This document shows, one piece after another, positions 23,781-36,310 of a stretch of DNA of 53,323 nucleotides. The stretch lies in the NCBI RefSeq assembly GCF_006345805.1, contig NW_021833932.1, forward strand, positions 1 to 53,323, read 5' to 3'. This stretch comes from Octopus sinensis (Eukaryota). The translations under genes and the position numbers were made by a program. The stretch's first letter is position 1. The number at the start of each line of letters is the position of its first letter. The notes below the pieces were generated by a model. The model did not search any database and was not told the origin of the DNA. It worked only from the letters and a program-made list of their open reading frames with translations.

Positions 23781-24544
23781 CCCTTCCCTCTCTTCTATTT
23801 GTTAATACCTTTGTTTACCTATCAATGCGTTGTTTCACTTTAAGGATGCTTATTTATCCATACATTCTGATATTTCGACTGTTGTCCATTGTTTCAAATA
23901 CGTTTTAGCATTGTCGTTCTAGCCTTTTTTAAACAATCACAAGAAATTTCGCTTTCATGTAAAACAACTATATTTTGTAGTCGTTATCCGTAATCTACTC
24001 TCAAAACACTTTAGTAGCTCTACTTTGCATCGCTTGCAAACTTATATGTTCTATGATCATTAAAGTGCAATGACCTTCACAATAATCAGCCTTCAATTTG
24101 ATTTTCCGTTCCTAGGTTAATCGGAAACATAGATTGCCGTGCTACGCATAAACTTTCTTGGTAGTTCAATTATTTTGTGAAAAAAATACCACCAAAGTAA
24201 CTTACACCGCCCAAAGAACGGGTGCGTTTGCTAGTATAAGATAAGATGATATTTTAATACTAATATTCGTATTTCTGGTGTATTTTGCATTTATATTTTA
24301 TTACATTGTTTCGGCGCTACATTAGAGTACAGGCTACTGAATTTGTTGTGTGCATAAACAGATTGACAACTTGCTTCTCTGGGATATGGTTAAGTAACGT
24401 AGACATCTCTGAACAGAATCTAAGATTCGAAAATCGATTCACGCTGGTCGTCATTTTATCAATCTTTTAGATAAATTTGTCCTGTTTATATATTTACAGC
24501 ATAGATTTTATATTTGTGTGTGTGTGTGTGTGAATGTATGTTTA

Positions 24545-24902
24545 TTCTTTTACTTGTTTCAGTCATTTGACTGCGGCCATGCTGGAGCATCGCCTTAAAG
24601 GGTTTTAGTAGAAGAAATCGGCCTCAGGACTTATTCTTTGTAAGCTTATTCTATCGGTCTCATTTGTTGAATTGCTAAGTTACGGAGACGTAAACACACT
24701 AGCATCGGTTGTCAAGTGATGGTGGGAGGACAAACACAGACACAAAGACACACACACCTACATAAATACATACCTACACCCCCCACACACACACATATAT
24801 ATATACGACGGACTTCTTTCAGTTTCCATCTAACAAATCCAGTCACAAGGCTTTGGTCGGCCCGAGGCTATAGTAGAAGGCACATGCCCAAGGTTCCACG
24901 CG
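24545..24902 (-). mobile_element. SINE family A, 5'-truncated
   Basis: Family tail and body; near-identical 3' half at 44922-45130. Confidence 0.85.
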
Positions 24903-25496
24903 GTACATATATATTTGTGTGTACACATATATATTATACATGTACGTACAGATAGACACATCATATTTATATATTATATATACACATATATATGTGCTTA
25001 CATGTACATATATATATAATGTGTATGCATACACACACAGACATACACGCACACACACATATGTATATATACGCACACACACACACATACATATGTATAT
25101 ATACGCACACACACACACACATACATATGTATATATACGCACACACAAACACCCACGCAGGCGCACGAAACATGCACAAATTCCTGATACGACCTGAAAT
25201 TACACATTTGAAAGAACCTTGTCATTTTGTTAGCAACTTCTTTCTCATTTACTTTCTTAACTCCGGAAGACATAGTATAAGGCCTACTGACATACATTAA
25301 CTACACAATCTCATCACACATTCCTTCACGTCTAAATCAGTTGAGATAAATCATTAGCATGCGATATGGCTACAAGCGCCATGACACTTTCAATGTCTGT
25401 CGTCTGCTGTCGGTAGGAGATAAAAGAAATGAGAAAAAGAGGAAGGAAGAGGACAGAGTGGAACGGACAAATCCCGACTTCCTAAAGATTTTTGTT

Positions 25497-25907
25497 GGAT
25501 CTTTTCGGTTTGAACGGCAGTTTTTTAAAATAATTTCCACGTAAATAAACACTTGTAAACTTCGTATACTGGTACAATGTGTTTATAAAACATCTTTTTC
25601 TCTTGGCTTTATTGAGAAAATTCTATTGTTTTTTAGATATTTGTTGTTTTTTTCTTCATTTTCTGCAATTTCAACCAATCAATGACGTCTACTGAGGTGA
25701 AAAACATTCTGTGCCGTATGAAAATGTCCCTCGTTTAAGAAACAGATTGGGTTTATTTACATTTGTGAAGAAAAAAAAAGATACCCTTCCCCCCACCCTA
25801 ACCCTAAAATAGATTGAAATGCAATAGATCGATACTAGGGTCATAATTATGGGTGACAATTTCATATGACACCGCTAGAAAAAACTGCCGTCAAACCGAA
25901 AAGATCC
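25497..25907 (+). mobile_element. MITE M1 copy 4
   Basis: TIRs; perfect TSD TTTTTGTT (25489-25496 / 25908-25915). Confidence 0.95.
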
Positions 25908-26221
25908 TTTTTGTTTTATTTTTTTAATACAAAAACCACCACCAGCTAACGAATAAGCTTCTACGTAGGTGCTCAAGCTGCAAGAAATAGCAACTAATAT
26001 CTCCTTCAAATCGCATCCTACCGTCTTAAATTGAAAGAACATGTTAGGTTCTTAATAAACAACGACGTGACAGTCACAGCTAGAAAAGTTTTGACAATAG
26101 CTCTGTTCGATGTGGGTCGACCTGGAGATTGTAAAACAAGAACAGTTACAACAATATTGAATTGGTAAGGGAGATTTTATATGACCGAGTGATCTAGTAG
26201 AAATAGCAACCAATTTTTCCT

Positions 26222-27110
26222 TGGCATGACTGTGTGGTAAGAATTTTGTTTCTCAGCTATATGGTTCCGGGTTCAGTCCCACTGCGTGACATCTTGGGTA
26301 CTATAGCCCCGGACCGGCCAAAGCCTTATGTATGGGTTTGGTGGACGGAAACTGAAAGATGCCCGTCGTATGCGCGCGTGTACCGTAAATCCTCGAGAAT
26401 AGTCCGCCCTTGAGTATAATACGCAGGGGATTTTTAGGGGGGTGTACCTCTGAAAAACCTAAACCTTGTGTATAATACACAACTTGAGTCAAGGAGGTCT
26501 ATATAACGTCCTTGGTTTGTAAAACTGTATACGGTAACGTCCTTTATTATTATTGTATATATAACATAATGCAAATGTGTAGCTTTTTTGTGCATTTTGT
26601 TTGCAGAAAATAAAGAAATAACAGTAATAACGTTTAATAAATGTTGCTTACTGCAAGTTATGGATGATTCTTTTGTGATTTCATTGCTTTCAGGCTTAGC
26701 TTAAGGTATTTTCGCGCCCGACATCACAAAATGCGTCTGAATAAACATTGCCGGAAAGTAAATAGAGACTCGGACATTGCTTAGAAGGTATATTTCATTT
26801 TAACCTCGTATATAGTACGCACTAGGGGTTTTGACCATTAAAATTTGGGAAAAAAATGCGGATTATACTCGAGGATTTACGGTATGTGTTTTTTGTGTCT
26901 GTATTTGTTTCCCACCACCACCACCTGACAACTGGTGTTGGTGTGTTTACATCCCCGTAAACTAGAGGTTCGGCAAAAGGGCCGATAGAATAAGTACCAA
27001 ACTTGAAAAAGAAAAAAAAGGGGCTGACAGTCGATTCGTTCTTCTAAAAAACCCTGCATGGCGGTGCCCCAGCATGGCTGCAGTCTAGTGACTGAAACAA
27101 GTAAAAGATA
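26222..27110 (+). mobile_element. SINE family A interrupted by a Tc2/pogo-type MITE
   Basis: 5' half at 26222-26380; 3' half resumes at 26885. Confidence 0.85.
26383..26882 (+). mobile_element. Tc1/mariner superfamily (Tc2/pogo-type) MITE, 500 bp, TA TSD
   Basis: TA|CCGTAAATCCTCGAGAATAGTCCGC ... GCGGATTATACTCGAGGATTTACGG|TA; 25-bp TIR. Confidence 0.9.
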
Positions 27111-27314
27111 AATCTCAGTTCCACGCGTTCTTATAAAATAAAATTTTTTAAAAAAAGAAGGAAAAAAGACGAAAGATATGGGATGATGTATGTTGAATTA
27201 TACTGTTTGAAAACGGGATGATCACGGTTGGAAAGCCTTTGATCATCATTTAGGACAACTCGATCAGGACTAACCTAGGATTAGGCAACAGAAGTAAATA
27301 AATAAAATGAAGGC

Positions 27315-28120
27315 GAGATAGAAGGAAGGAAGGAAGGAATGGAGAGAGAGGGGATGAAGAAAGTAAGAAGAGGAAGGAAGGAAGAAAGGAAGAAAGGAAG
27401 AAGGAAGGAAGGAATGTAGAGAGGGAGGAAGAAGAAAGGAAGAAGAGGAACGAAGAAGAGGAACGAAGGAACGAAGGAAGGAACGAAGGAATGGAGAGAG
27501 AGGGGAAGAAGAAAGGAAGAAGAGGAAGGAAGGAAGGAAGGAAGGAAGGAAGAAGGAAGGAAGGAAGGGAGAGGAAGGAAGGAAGGAAGGAATGGAGAGA
27601 GGGGAAGAAGAAAGGAAGAAGGGGAAGGAACGAACGAAGGAACGAACGAACGAAGGATGGAGAGAGAGGGGAAGAAGAAGGAAGGAAGGAAGAAGGAAGG
27701 AAGGAAGGAAGGAGGAAGGAAGGAATGGAGAGAGAGGGGAAGAAGAAAGGAAGAAGGGGAAGGAACGAACGAAGAACGAACGAACGAAGGAATGGAGAGA
27801 GGGAGGAAGAAGAAAGGAAGAAGAGGAAGGAAGAAGGAAGGAAGGAAGGAAGGAATGGAGAGAGAGGGGAAGAAGAAAGGAAGAAGGGGAAGGAACGAAC
27901 GAACGAACGAACGAACGAACGAAGAATGGAGAGAGGGAGGAAGAAGAAAGGAAGAAGAGGAAGGAAGGAAGGAAGGAATGGAGAGAGAGGGGAAGAAGAA
28001 AGGAAGAAGGGGAAGGAACGAACGAAGGAACGAACGAACGAAGGAATGGAGAGAGGGAGGAAGAAGAAAGGAAGAAGAAAGGAAGATAGAAAGAATGGAA
28101 AGAAAAGGTGGAAAGAAAGA
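27315..28120 (+). repeat. Polypurine minisatellite (~11 units of ~65-100 bp)
   Basis: Unit GGAATGGAGAGAG(A)GGGGAAGAAGAAAGGAAGAAGRGGAAGGAA followed by (GAAG)n or (GAAC)n. Confidence 0.9.
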
Positions 28121-28780
28121 GAAACTCGTTCTTTTGTATGACGTGAGGTTTAAGTAAAGTAGGTGGGGTTAGGGTTAGGGTTTCTGTAAAAGAAATAGGG
28201 AACAGGAAGTCTTTTTTTTTGTTTTGTTTTGTTTTGTTTTGCTCTGACGATTTGATCAATCTGGAATGAGTGAATGGCGGCGAGTGAGCATTGGGGGGGG
28301 GGTACGAAGTAAAAAAAAAGGGCAAAGAAACAACAAAGGACAGACGAGGATTAACGAGAGATTATCGCATGTTGACTGGAAACCAGAAAAACGAATACCA
28401 AAAACAATAACAATAATAATAATATAAATAATATAAATAATAATAATAATCCTTTCTTTATTGTTGACACAAGTGTCTTCTTTGTATAACGTCCGTGACC
28501 CACTCGCCCCGTTCTCTTCTTTCTTTTTTTTCAAATAACTGTCTTGTTCATCCCTTCAGGTTTCTTGTAACCCACTATTTTGAACGTTTTTGTAACCGCC
28601 AACCACCACCACTACCATAACTGCCAAGCTCTTAATGCTTCGAGCAAATTGCATTTAGACTGAAACCGAATGTGTGTCATTGCCCTTACTGGTTAAATAA
28701 AGAAAAGATTCGAACTGACATAATAGTTAACAAACCGCAGTGGTGCTCCAGCATGAACGCAGCCGCATGGCTGAAACGAG

Positions 28781-29217
28781 GGATCTTTTCGGTTTGAACG
28801 GCAGTTTTTAACATAATTTCTAGGTAACTAAAAAATTTTAAACTTCGTATACTGGTAGAATGTGTTTATAAAACATCTTTTTCTCTTCGCTTTATTGAGA
28901 AAATTCTATGGTTTGTAAGATATTTGTTTGTTTTTTTTTTGTTTTTTTCAATTTCTGCAATTTCAACCAATCAATGACGTCTATTGAGGTAAAAAAAAAA
29001 CACATTCTGTGCCGTATGAAAATGTCCCTCGTTTAAGAAACAGATTGGGTTTATTTACATTTGTGAAGAAAAAAGATACCCTTCCCCCCACCCCTAACCC
29101 TAACCCTAACCCTAAAACAGATTGAAATGCAATAGATCGATACTAGGGTCATAATTATGGGTGACAATTTTGTATGACACCGCTAGAAAAAAACTGCCGT
29201 TCAAACCGAAAAGATCC
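28781..29217 (+). mobile_element. MITE M1 copy 5, inserted into a SINE A 3' tail
   Basis: Perfect TSD GAAACGAG (28773-28780 / 29218-29225); the flanks rejoin to GCTGAAACGAGTAAAAGAG. Confidence 0.95.
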
Positions 29218-29229
29218 GAAACGAGTAAA

Positions 29230-29990
29230 AGAGTAAGCCGTACAAAAATGCGTTAGCGGCATTTTGTCCGTCTTTCTGTATTGAGATCAAATTCCGCCGC
29301 TGAAGTTGACTTTGCCTTTCATAATTTTGGGATCGATAAAAATAAGTACCTGTTGTGTACTGGGGTCGATATAATCGACTTACAGCCTCCCCGAAATTGC
29401 TGGTCTTGTGCCATTAAGGCGGCGAGCTGACAGAATCGTTAAGCACGCCGGGCAAGATGCTTGGCGGTATTTTTCGTCTGTCTTTACGTCCAAATTCCGC
29501 CGAGATTGACTTTGCCTTTCATTCTTTCCAGGTCGATAAAATAAGTACCAGTTGGACACTGGGGTCGATGTAATCGACTCATCTCCTCCCACCAAAATTG
29601 CTGCCCTTGTGGAAAAATCTGAAATCATTATTATTATTTATTATCATTAGCTGAGGTTGACTTTGTCTTTCATCGTTTCTGGGTCGATAAATTAAGTACT
29701 AGTGAAACACTAAGGTCGATGTATTCGACTTATCCCCTCCTCCAGAATTGCTACCTTTGTAGCAAAATTTGAAATCATAATAATAATAATTATTATTATT
29801 TATTAGGGCAGCGGGCTGACGGAATAGTTACTGAGCTAGACGAAACGCTAAGCGGCATTTTTTCTGGTTTAACGTCCTGAGTTCAAATTCCGCCGGGGTC
29901 GACTTTGCCTTTCATCTTTTCGGGGTCGATAAAATAAGTTTCAGTTGGACACTGTGATCGATGTAATCGGCTTGAAACTATTATTATTAT
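29230..29990 (+). mobile_element. Cluster of four family B SINE copies/fragments with (ATT)n-tailed variant ends
   Basis: Repeated GACTTTGCCTTTCAT...GTCGATAAAATAAGTACCAG...GGGGTCGATGTAATCGACT; tails GCCCTTGTGGAAAAATYTGAAA(ATT)n. Confidence 0.85.
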
Positions 29991-30004
29991 TATTATTATT
30001 ATTA

Positions 30005-30870
30005 TTGAGAACTTTCGGGCCGGGACCAATGGATAATTTCCAAAGGTCCCCCGCCTGGCAGTGCTACCGAGGGGCTCTGCCTGTTCGGGATAAACTCTAC
30101 CGGCACGGAAGTGCCGTCAGACGGGCCTGCCCGAGGTGCGCCCAGGACGACGAAACCGTTCTGCACGCACTCGTCTAGTGCCCAAGTATTGCTGAACTAT
30201 GGGTTTATGTCGAACAGCTATTGTCACGTATAGGACGGATCCGGCTATCAGCTGAATCCATAGTGAAGATTGCCCCGCCGACCTTTAACCGGGAGGGCAA
30301 GGCAGTTTTCCTTTGCCTTGTGGCTGTAGCGAAAGAGGTGATATGATGGACCCGTTTGAAAGGGCTAAGGTCAGACACTTTCCTCTTTGGCCAAGGCCTC
30401 ATCAACTTTTTCAAGTTCCACTTGAAAAGGAAGGTGAGAGTAGAGAGGGAAGTGATGCCTGGTAGCAAGTTTATTGAGAGGTGGGTGAATGTCGCAAGAA
30501 TGGCCAGTGTGAACGGACCAATTCTGAGGATACACCTGTGAGAATTAAAAGGAAATATAAAAGGAGAAAGGGGCTCTCTACCCGCCTTTTGACCAGGCTC
30601 CCGTGGCTTTTATGGGTTTTTCCGCCAGGAACCTTTCGAAGAGCCTCCCCCTATTGGGAGTTTTTCATATTTAAATATTTTCGTTGTTACACTGTTTTTT
30701 ACACGGATTTTTACAAACGGACAAAACCCTTTGTAACATTCGTCCTGTGTTTTGTCCCTTTATGTTATAATTAATTTTTGTCAGCCCTTGTGGCCAATAA
30801 ACGAACGAATTATTATTATTATTATTATTATTATATTATTATTATTATTATTATTATTATTATCATTATT
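30005..30870 (+). mobile_element. Tx1/L1-clade LINE, 5'-truncated 3' end (zinc-knuckle C-terminus + 3' UTR + (ATT)n tail)
   Basis: One frame from ~30005 to 30541: WQCYRGALPVRDKLYRHG...ACPRCAQDDETVLHALV*CP...AKEVI*WTR...FKFHLKRKVRVER...FIERW. It has a CxxC-x8-H-x4-C motif and two in-frame stops; the 3' UTR ends in AATAAA and (ATT)n. Confidence 0.85.
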
Positions 30871-31273
30871 ATTATTAACTCTTGATAGTGCCTTCGCACT
30901 CCCCGCCTATTGGGGAATGTTGCTTGAGAAAATTTTCTTTGTGAATTTTTTTTTTTTTTGTTAAGCCCCTTATTAGAGTTCCTACCTAAAACTCCGACTT
31001 TGTTTTCTTTTATCATGTCTTTTGTACTGTCCTTTCTTTGAGTAATTGTAAATTATAAAAAAAAAAAATTATCGTCATCATGGTTGACGCCGTCGCCGAC
31101 GATGACAACAGTGTCGTTATCGTCGCCACCATCATTTTTATTGATCTAAAGTGCCTAAACATATAATAAAAAACGTGTCGTATAAAAGGACTACAAAATA
31201 TACGGGCGATAATAAACAGGTGGAATGTACTTATACGATATAATAAACGGAGAGAGGCGCACAAACGTAGTAG

Positions 31274-31343
<70 letters not shown>

Positions 31344-31676
31344 AAATGGGTGGACGATTTTGTAAAATAAACAGACGTAGGACAACTCATACTCACAAGA
31401 ATGAAAAGTCGTCACCGAGATAGGTTAAGGACACCCTGGAACTCATTCTTTAGTTCTGGTCACTTTCTGCAAACTGGGACTTCTGAATTTACTGATTTAG
31501 CCAAACAACGAAATCTCCCTATATCATCTGCAAAGCGCTCTCTTAACTATCGAAGGCCCGTTTGTGTGGGGTTTCAGCAATCCTCTATCCTTTATGGGTT
31601 CTTCGAATTCATTCCCCACTTCATCTTTAATCAAGAACAGTAATTCGATTGTCTTTTTTTTTTTTTTAGCTCCATC

Positions 31677-31907
31677 TATTTCTTTATTACCCACGAGGGG
31701 CTAAACACAGAGAGGATAAACAATGACAGAGAAATGGATTAAGTCGATTACATCGACCCCAGTGCGTAACTGGTCCTTAATTTATCGACCCCGAAAGGAT
31801 GAAAAGCAAAGTCAACCTCGGCGGAATTTGAACTCAGAACGTAGCAGCAGACGAAATACGGCTACGCATTTCACCCGGCGTGCTAACGTTTCTGCCAGCT
31901 CGCCGCC
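31677..31907 (-). mobile_element. SINE family B, full length (231 bp), 12-bp TSD
   Basis: TSD TTTAGCTCCATC at 31665-31676 and 31908-31919. Confidence 0.92.
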
Positions 31908-31939
31908 TTTAGCTCCATCACTAAATCAAGTACTCTAAT

Positions 31940-32165
31940 GTAATGTTCAGGTAATGATAGGGTGCCTCTTGATGAGGGACTTCCTGCGCTGCCTAAAAAC
32001 TTTTATATTATTTTCCCGCCACCTTTTCCCGTAATTTTCATCCTTTTATGTCTTTTGATGAAGAAATAGTGTCTGAAACGTCAAGACTCCTCCTTTTGAA
32101 GCGTTAAACTAATACAAAATTTGTTAAAAACTTGTCCATTTTGTTTTCTTTCTGTCTTCATTGCC
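31940..32165 (+). mobile_element. Short Penelope-like element, copy 4 (diverged subfamily)
   Basis: Hammerhead motif followed by AAGCGTTAAACTAATACA, homologous to GAGCGTTATACTAATACA of copy 1. Confidence 0.6.
32050..32087 (+). ncRNA. Minimal hammerhead ribozyme motif (C3U variant, GUC site)
   Basis: GTCTT-TTGATGA-AGA(AATAGTG)TCT-GAAAC-GTC-AAGAC: 5-bp stem I, 3-bp stem II, ACGU stem III. Confidence 0.6.
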
Positions 32166-32469
32166 TAAACGCCTTTAGTCCCACCATCATCACCACCAAA
32201 CCACCACACGAACACAACTTTTCATTGTCCTCATCTTTCTCTGGTTATCATCTCCTCACTATCGCCACAAGAAAATCGAGTCCCACAGTAGTTTGGAGCC
32301 TCTGGCTGGTACTTAATGGAGAAGAGAAAAATATCTGCAATTTAAAAAGGGTTAAAAAAAAAACGAAAACTACAACAGTATTCTCGAATAAAAACTGGGG
32401 AGAAAATAACCCTTATCTAAACATAATGTTAGACCCCCTAACAGACTAGCTAACGTACGTAATAACATT

Positions 32470-33770
32470 CCTAAACTGGGGAGGGAGGAGAAACTGAACT
32501 AGAACTGTTAAAAGAAATTATAGATTATAAACTTACAAACAACGAATACAAAGTAAAGAAGAACAAAAGCACTCAGAATGTAAATCACGAACATAGAGCT
32601 AACACGTGTAAAATGAATTAAGAACATACCAAAATATTTCAAAACGAAAACCAAGAACGCCTACAGAATACTGACCAACAAAAACCGATACAAAAATATA
32701 AATAAAAGCGAATGTGGTGAAGATTTAAGAATGGGAAGTTCTAAAAATAGAAAACCAGGAACGTGAAAATCTAAAGGTGGGAATAATTAAAGAATTAAAG
32801 TCAATAAATTTTCTTGTAGACCAAGGAAAGTACCACTCAAAGAAAACTCAACGGTTTTAAAGCAACAGTAGTAAAAAAAAAAATTAAAAAATTTGACCGC
32901 CACAGATTTAATTAAAACAGTACACGAACGTTAATATCACTAGATTAAACGATACAATGTTTGCTTCAAAGGAGGTACAAAGAGAAGTAAGTATTCCTTC
33001 ATCCACTTCTATAGGAGTGTCAATACCCGAACAAATTGGGAAACGAACAGATGGTGAAAATATGAGGAATAAAAGTCCTCTCAGTCTTTGATGATCAATA
33101 AAAGGATCTTTTCGGTTTGAACGGCAGTTTTTTCTAGCGGTGTCATATGAAATTGTCACCCATAATTATGACCCTAGAATCGATCTATTGCACTTCAATC
33201 TGTTTTAGGGTTAGGGTTAGTTAGGGGAGGGGTGGGGAAAGGGTATCTTTTTTTCTTCACTAATGTAAATAAACCCAATCTGTTTCTTAAACGAGGGACA
33301 TATTCATACGGCACAGAATGTTTTTTTTCACCTCAACAGACGTCAGTGATTGGTTGAAATTGCAGAAATTGAAGAAAAAAAACCCCACAAATATCTTACA
33401 AACTATAGAATTTTCTCAATAAAGCCAAGAGAAAAAGATGTTTTATAAACACATTCTACCAGTATACGAAGTTTAAAAGTGTTTAGTTACGTGGAAATTA
33501 TTAAAAAAAAACTGCCGTTCAAACCGTAAAGATCCCAATAAAGAATTGATACATCTGGAGAGGAAAGGTAAAACAAAAAGAAAAGACCTACACTACACAA
33601 ATATAACAACAAAAAAGTATCTGAAATTGTAAATAAACGGTAGAAAAGCGACAATGATTCTTTGAATAAACCAAATAGTTTCATTCCAACCTGGAAGAAT
33701 TTTATCAAAAACTGCATTAAAAAAATTAAGTAGAAATCAATGAGGCACAGACAGCAACAGGTTAGAGGAA
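32470..33770 (+). pseudogene. R4/Dong-clade non-LTR retrotransposon, decayed pre-RT region (interrupted by MITE M1)
   Basis: Residual peptides NITRLNDTMFA and SNLEEFYQKL in the positions expected before the RT domain; very degenerate. Confidence 0.5.
33104..33535 (-). mobile_element. MITE M1 copy 6 (reverse orientation)
   Basis: TIRs; TSD CAATAAAA / CAATAAAG (7 of 8). Confidence 0.92.
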
Positions 33771-33775
33771 AGGAA

Positions 33776-34190
33776 GGCGGCGAGCTGGCAGAAACGTTAG
33801 CACGCCGGGCGAAATGCTCAGCAGTATTTCGTCTGCCGTTACGTTCTGAGTTCAAATTCCGCTGAGGTCAACTTTGCCGTTCATCCTTTCGGGGTTGATA
33901 AATTAAGTACCAGTTACGCACTGGGGTCGATGTAAGCGACTTAACCCGTTTGTCTGTCCCTGTTTGTCCTCTCTGTGTTTAGCCCCTTGTGGGTAGTAAA
34001 GAAATAGGTATTTTGTTTGCCGTTACGTTCTGAGTTCAAATTCCGCCGAGGTTGACTTTGCGTTTCATCCTCTCGGGGTCGATTAAATAAGTACCAGTTA
34101 CGCACTGGGGTCGATATAAGCGACTTAACCCGCTTGTCTGTACCTGTTTGTCCTCTCTGTGATTAGCCCCTTGCGGGTAGTAAAGAAATA
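33776..34190 (+). mobile_element. SINE family B head-to-tail dimer
   Basis: Full unit 33776-34006 plus a truncated unit 34007-34190 starting at GGTATTT. Confidence 0.9.
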
Positions 34191-34199
34191 GGTATCATA

Positions 34200-34530
34200 C
34201 AATGAGACAGAACGCAGAACGCCATGGATTTGTCCAGAGAGGAAGGGATTTTGCTGTGACTTTCGCGGGAATCGCGATGATGCAACGTTTTCTTGAGATG
34301 TGAAGTGATTGTATTTTTGCTCTGTTGCACGGGATAGGATAGGTATGATGTATGACATAACTGGTGGATGCTGTCGAAGTTTCTGTATCAATGAAGTTTG
34401 GCATGAGGTGTCTGGGTCGAATGTCGATGACGCTTGTGTGTGAAAGGTTATTGGGGAATTAAAGGTAGAAATATCGTCTGCATAGGAATGGGTGATGCTG
34501 CAGGTGACAGACAGCCAGTAGAGTTCGGGA
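34200..34530 (-). pseudogene. CR1/Jockey-group LINE reverse-transcriptase fragment
   Basis: Minus strand: ITHSYADDISTF (YADD motif), then after a frameshift CNRAKIQSLHISRKR (cf. FNxxKTQxLxISRK). Confidence 0.7.
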
Positions 34531-34766
34531 GAGTGGGGCAAGTCGATTACCTAGGCCCCAGTACTCAAATGATGCTTATTTTATCAACACCGAAAGGACG
34601 AAAGGCATAGTCGATCCCAGCAGAAATTGAACTCAGAATGTAAGGACGGACGAAATGGCGCCAAGCAATTTGTCTAGCGTGCTGGCGATTCTACCAGTTC
34701 GCTGCCTTGTATTAGTTACATTAAGCAGATACACTAAACATATTATGGGGAAATGGAAAGCATATA

Positions 34767-35182
34767 GGCGCAGGAGTGGCTGTGTGGTAAGTAGCTTGCT
34801 AATCAACCACATGGTTCCGGGTTCAGTCTTACTGCGTGGCATCTTGGGCAAGTGTCTTCTGCTATAGCCCCGGGCCGACCAATGCCTTGTGAGAGGGTTT
34901 GGTAGACGGAAACTGAAAGAAGCCTGTCGTATATATGTATATATATATATATATGTATGTGTTTGTTTGTGTGTCTGTGTTTGTCCCCCTAGCATTGCCT
35001 GACAACCGATGCTGGTGTGTTTACGTCCCCGTCACTTAGCGGTTCAGCAAAAGAGACCGATAGAATAAGTACTGGGCTTACAAAGAATAAGTTCCGGGGT
35101 CGATTTGCTCGACTAAAGGCGGTGCTCCAGCATGGCCGCAGTCAAATGACTAAAACAAGTAAAAGAGTAAAAGAGTAAAGAG
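34767..35182 (+). mobile_element. SINE family A, full length
   Basis: Matches 11812-12270. Confidence 0.92.
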
Positions 35183-35184
35183 AG

Positions 35185-35735
35185 CAATGCTACAGGTAGA
35201 GATATGAGTGAATATTAAAACTAAACTCTATGCCTACTAGAAGGAGGATATTCCAAAGCGACTTACTCTCCCTGCTTGTTTTCTTTCTACCAGACGTCAA
35301 CGCTTTTAACCAACATGCTAAATCAGACTGAACTCGGTCAGATCGGATACAAATACTATGGAAGGACAATCAATCATATTTTTGGTAAGTAAACTACTTC
35401 AAGTTGACAAACATCTTGCAACTTAACTTCAGATTCAACCGGGATTTACTCGAGCAATTAGTACGAAATTCGACTAAGAAACTTACACCAAAGCTATCTT
35501 GAAGAGGAGACCATTAATTAAGAGCATTAATATCATTAATATCATGTTAGATAAAGAAACAGAGATAAGAAAATTAGACCAGACAAACTTACGTATACTT
35601 GGGAATGAATTAATTGAACAGAGATGAATAAACAAGTTAGAAAGAGGTATTAGAGATGCATTCATACTTAAAACAGAGCCAAATGTAAAAAAAGAAATAC
35701 TGTAACTGTCCCAGTAACATAATATCTTTTTTAAA
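35185..35735 (+). pseudogene. R4/Dong-clade reverse-transcriptase fragment
   Basis: Frameshifted: RRRIFQSDLLSLLVF (cf. RRGIFQGDSLSPLLF), LTNMLNQTE..GYKYYGRTINHIF, TKAILKRR, TYVYLGMN, and VPV...YS-like end. Confidence 0.75.
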
Positions 35736-35743
35736 TAGATGAA

Positions 35744-36310
35744 GGCGGTGAGCTGGCAGACACGTTAGCGCGCCTGGCGAAATGCTTTTGTGGTATTTCG
35801 TCCGCCGCTGCGTTCTGAGTTCAAATTCCGCCGAGGTCAACTTTGCCTTTCATCCTTTCGGGGTCGATAAATTAAGCACCAGTTACGCACTGGGGTCGAT
35901 GTAATCGACTTAATCCCTTTGTTTGTCCTTGTTTGTCCCCTCTGTGTTTAGCCCCTTGTGGGTAGTAAAGAAATAGGTATTTTTTCTGCCGTTACGTTCT
36001 GAGTTCAAAATCCGCCGAGGTCGACTTTGCCTTTCATCCTTTCGGGGTCGATAAATTAAGCATCAGTTACGCACTGGGGTCGATGTAATCGACTTAATCC
36101 GTTTGTCTGTCCTTGTTTGCCTTCTGTGTTTAGCCCCTTGTGGGTAATAAAGAAATAGAAATAGGTATTTCGTCTGTCTTTGTTCTGAGTTCAAATTCCG
36201 CCGTCGACTTTGCCTTTCGGGGTCGATAAATTAAGTACCAGTTGCGTACTGGGGGTCAATCTAATCGACTGGCACCCTCTCCAAAAATTCAGGACCCTGC
36301 CCCTAGAGTA
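35744..36310 (+). mobile_element. SINE family B head-to-tail trimer
   Basis: Units start at 35744, 35976 and 36164; units 2 and 3 begin at GGTATTT. Confidence 0.9.

Noticed and set aside
28140-28215. GGGGTTAGGGTTAGGG as a third telomeric MITE
   Set aside because: No TIR or TSD could be identified around it.
27270-28325. 351-aa and E/R/K-rich ORFs
   Set aside because: Translations of the polypurine minisatellite.
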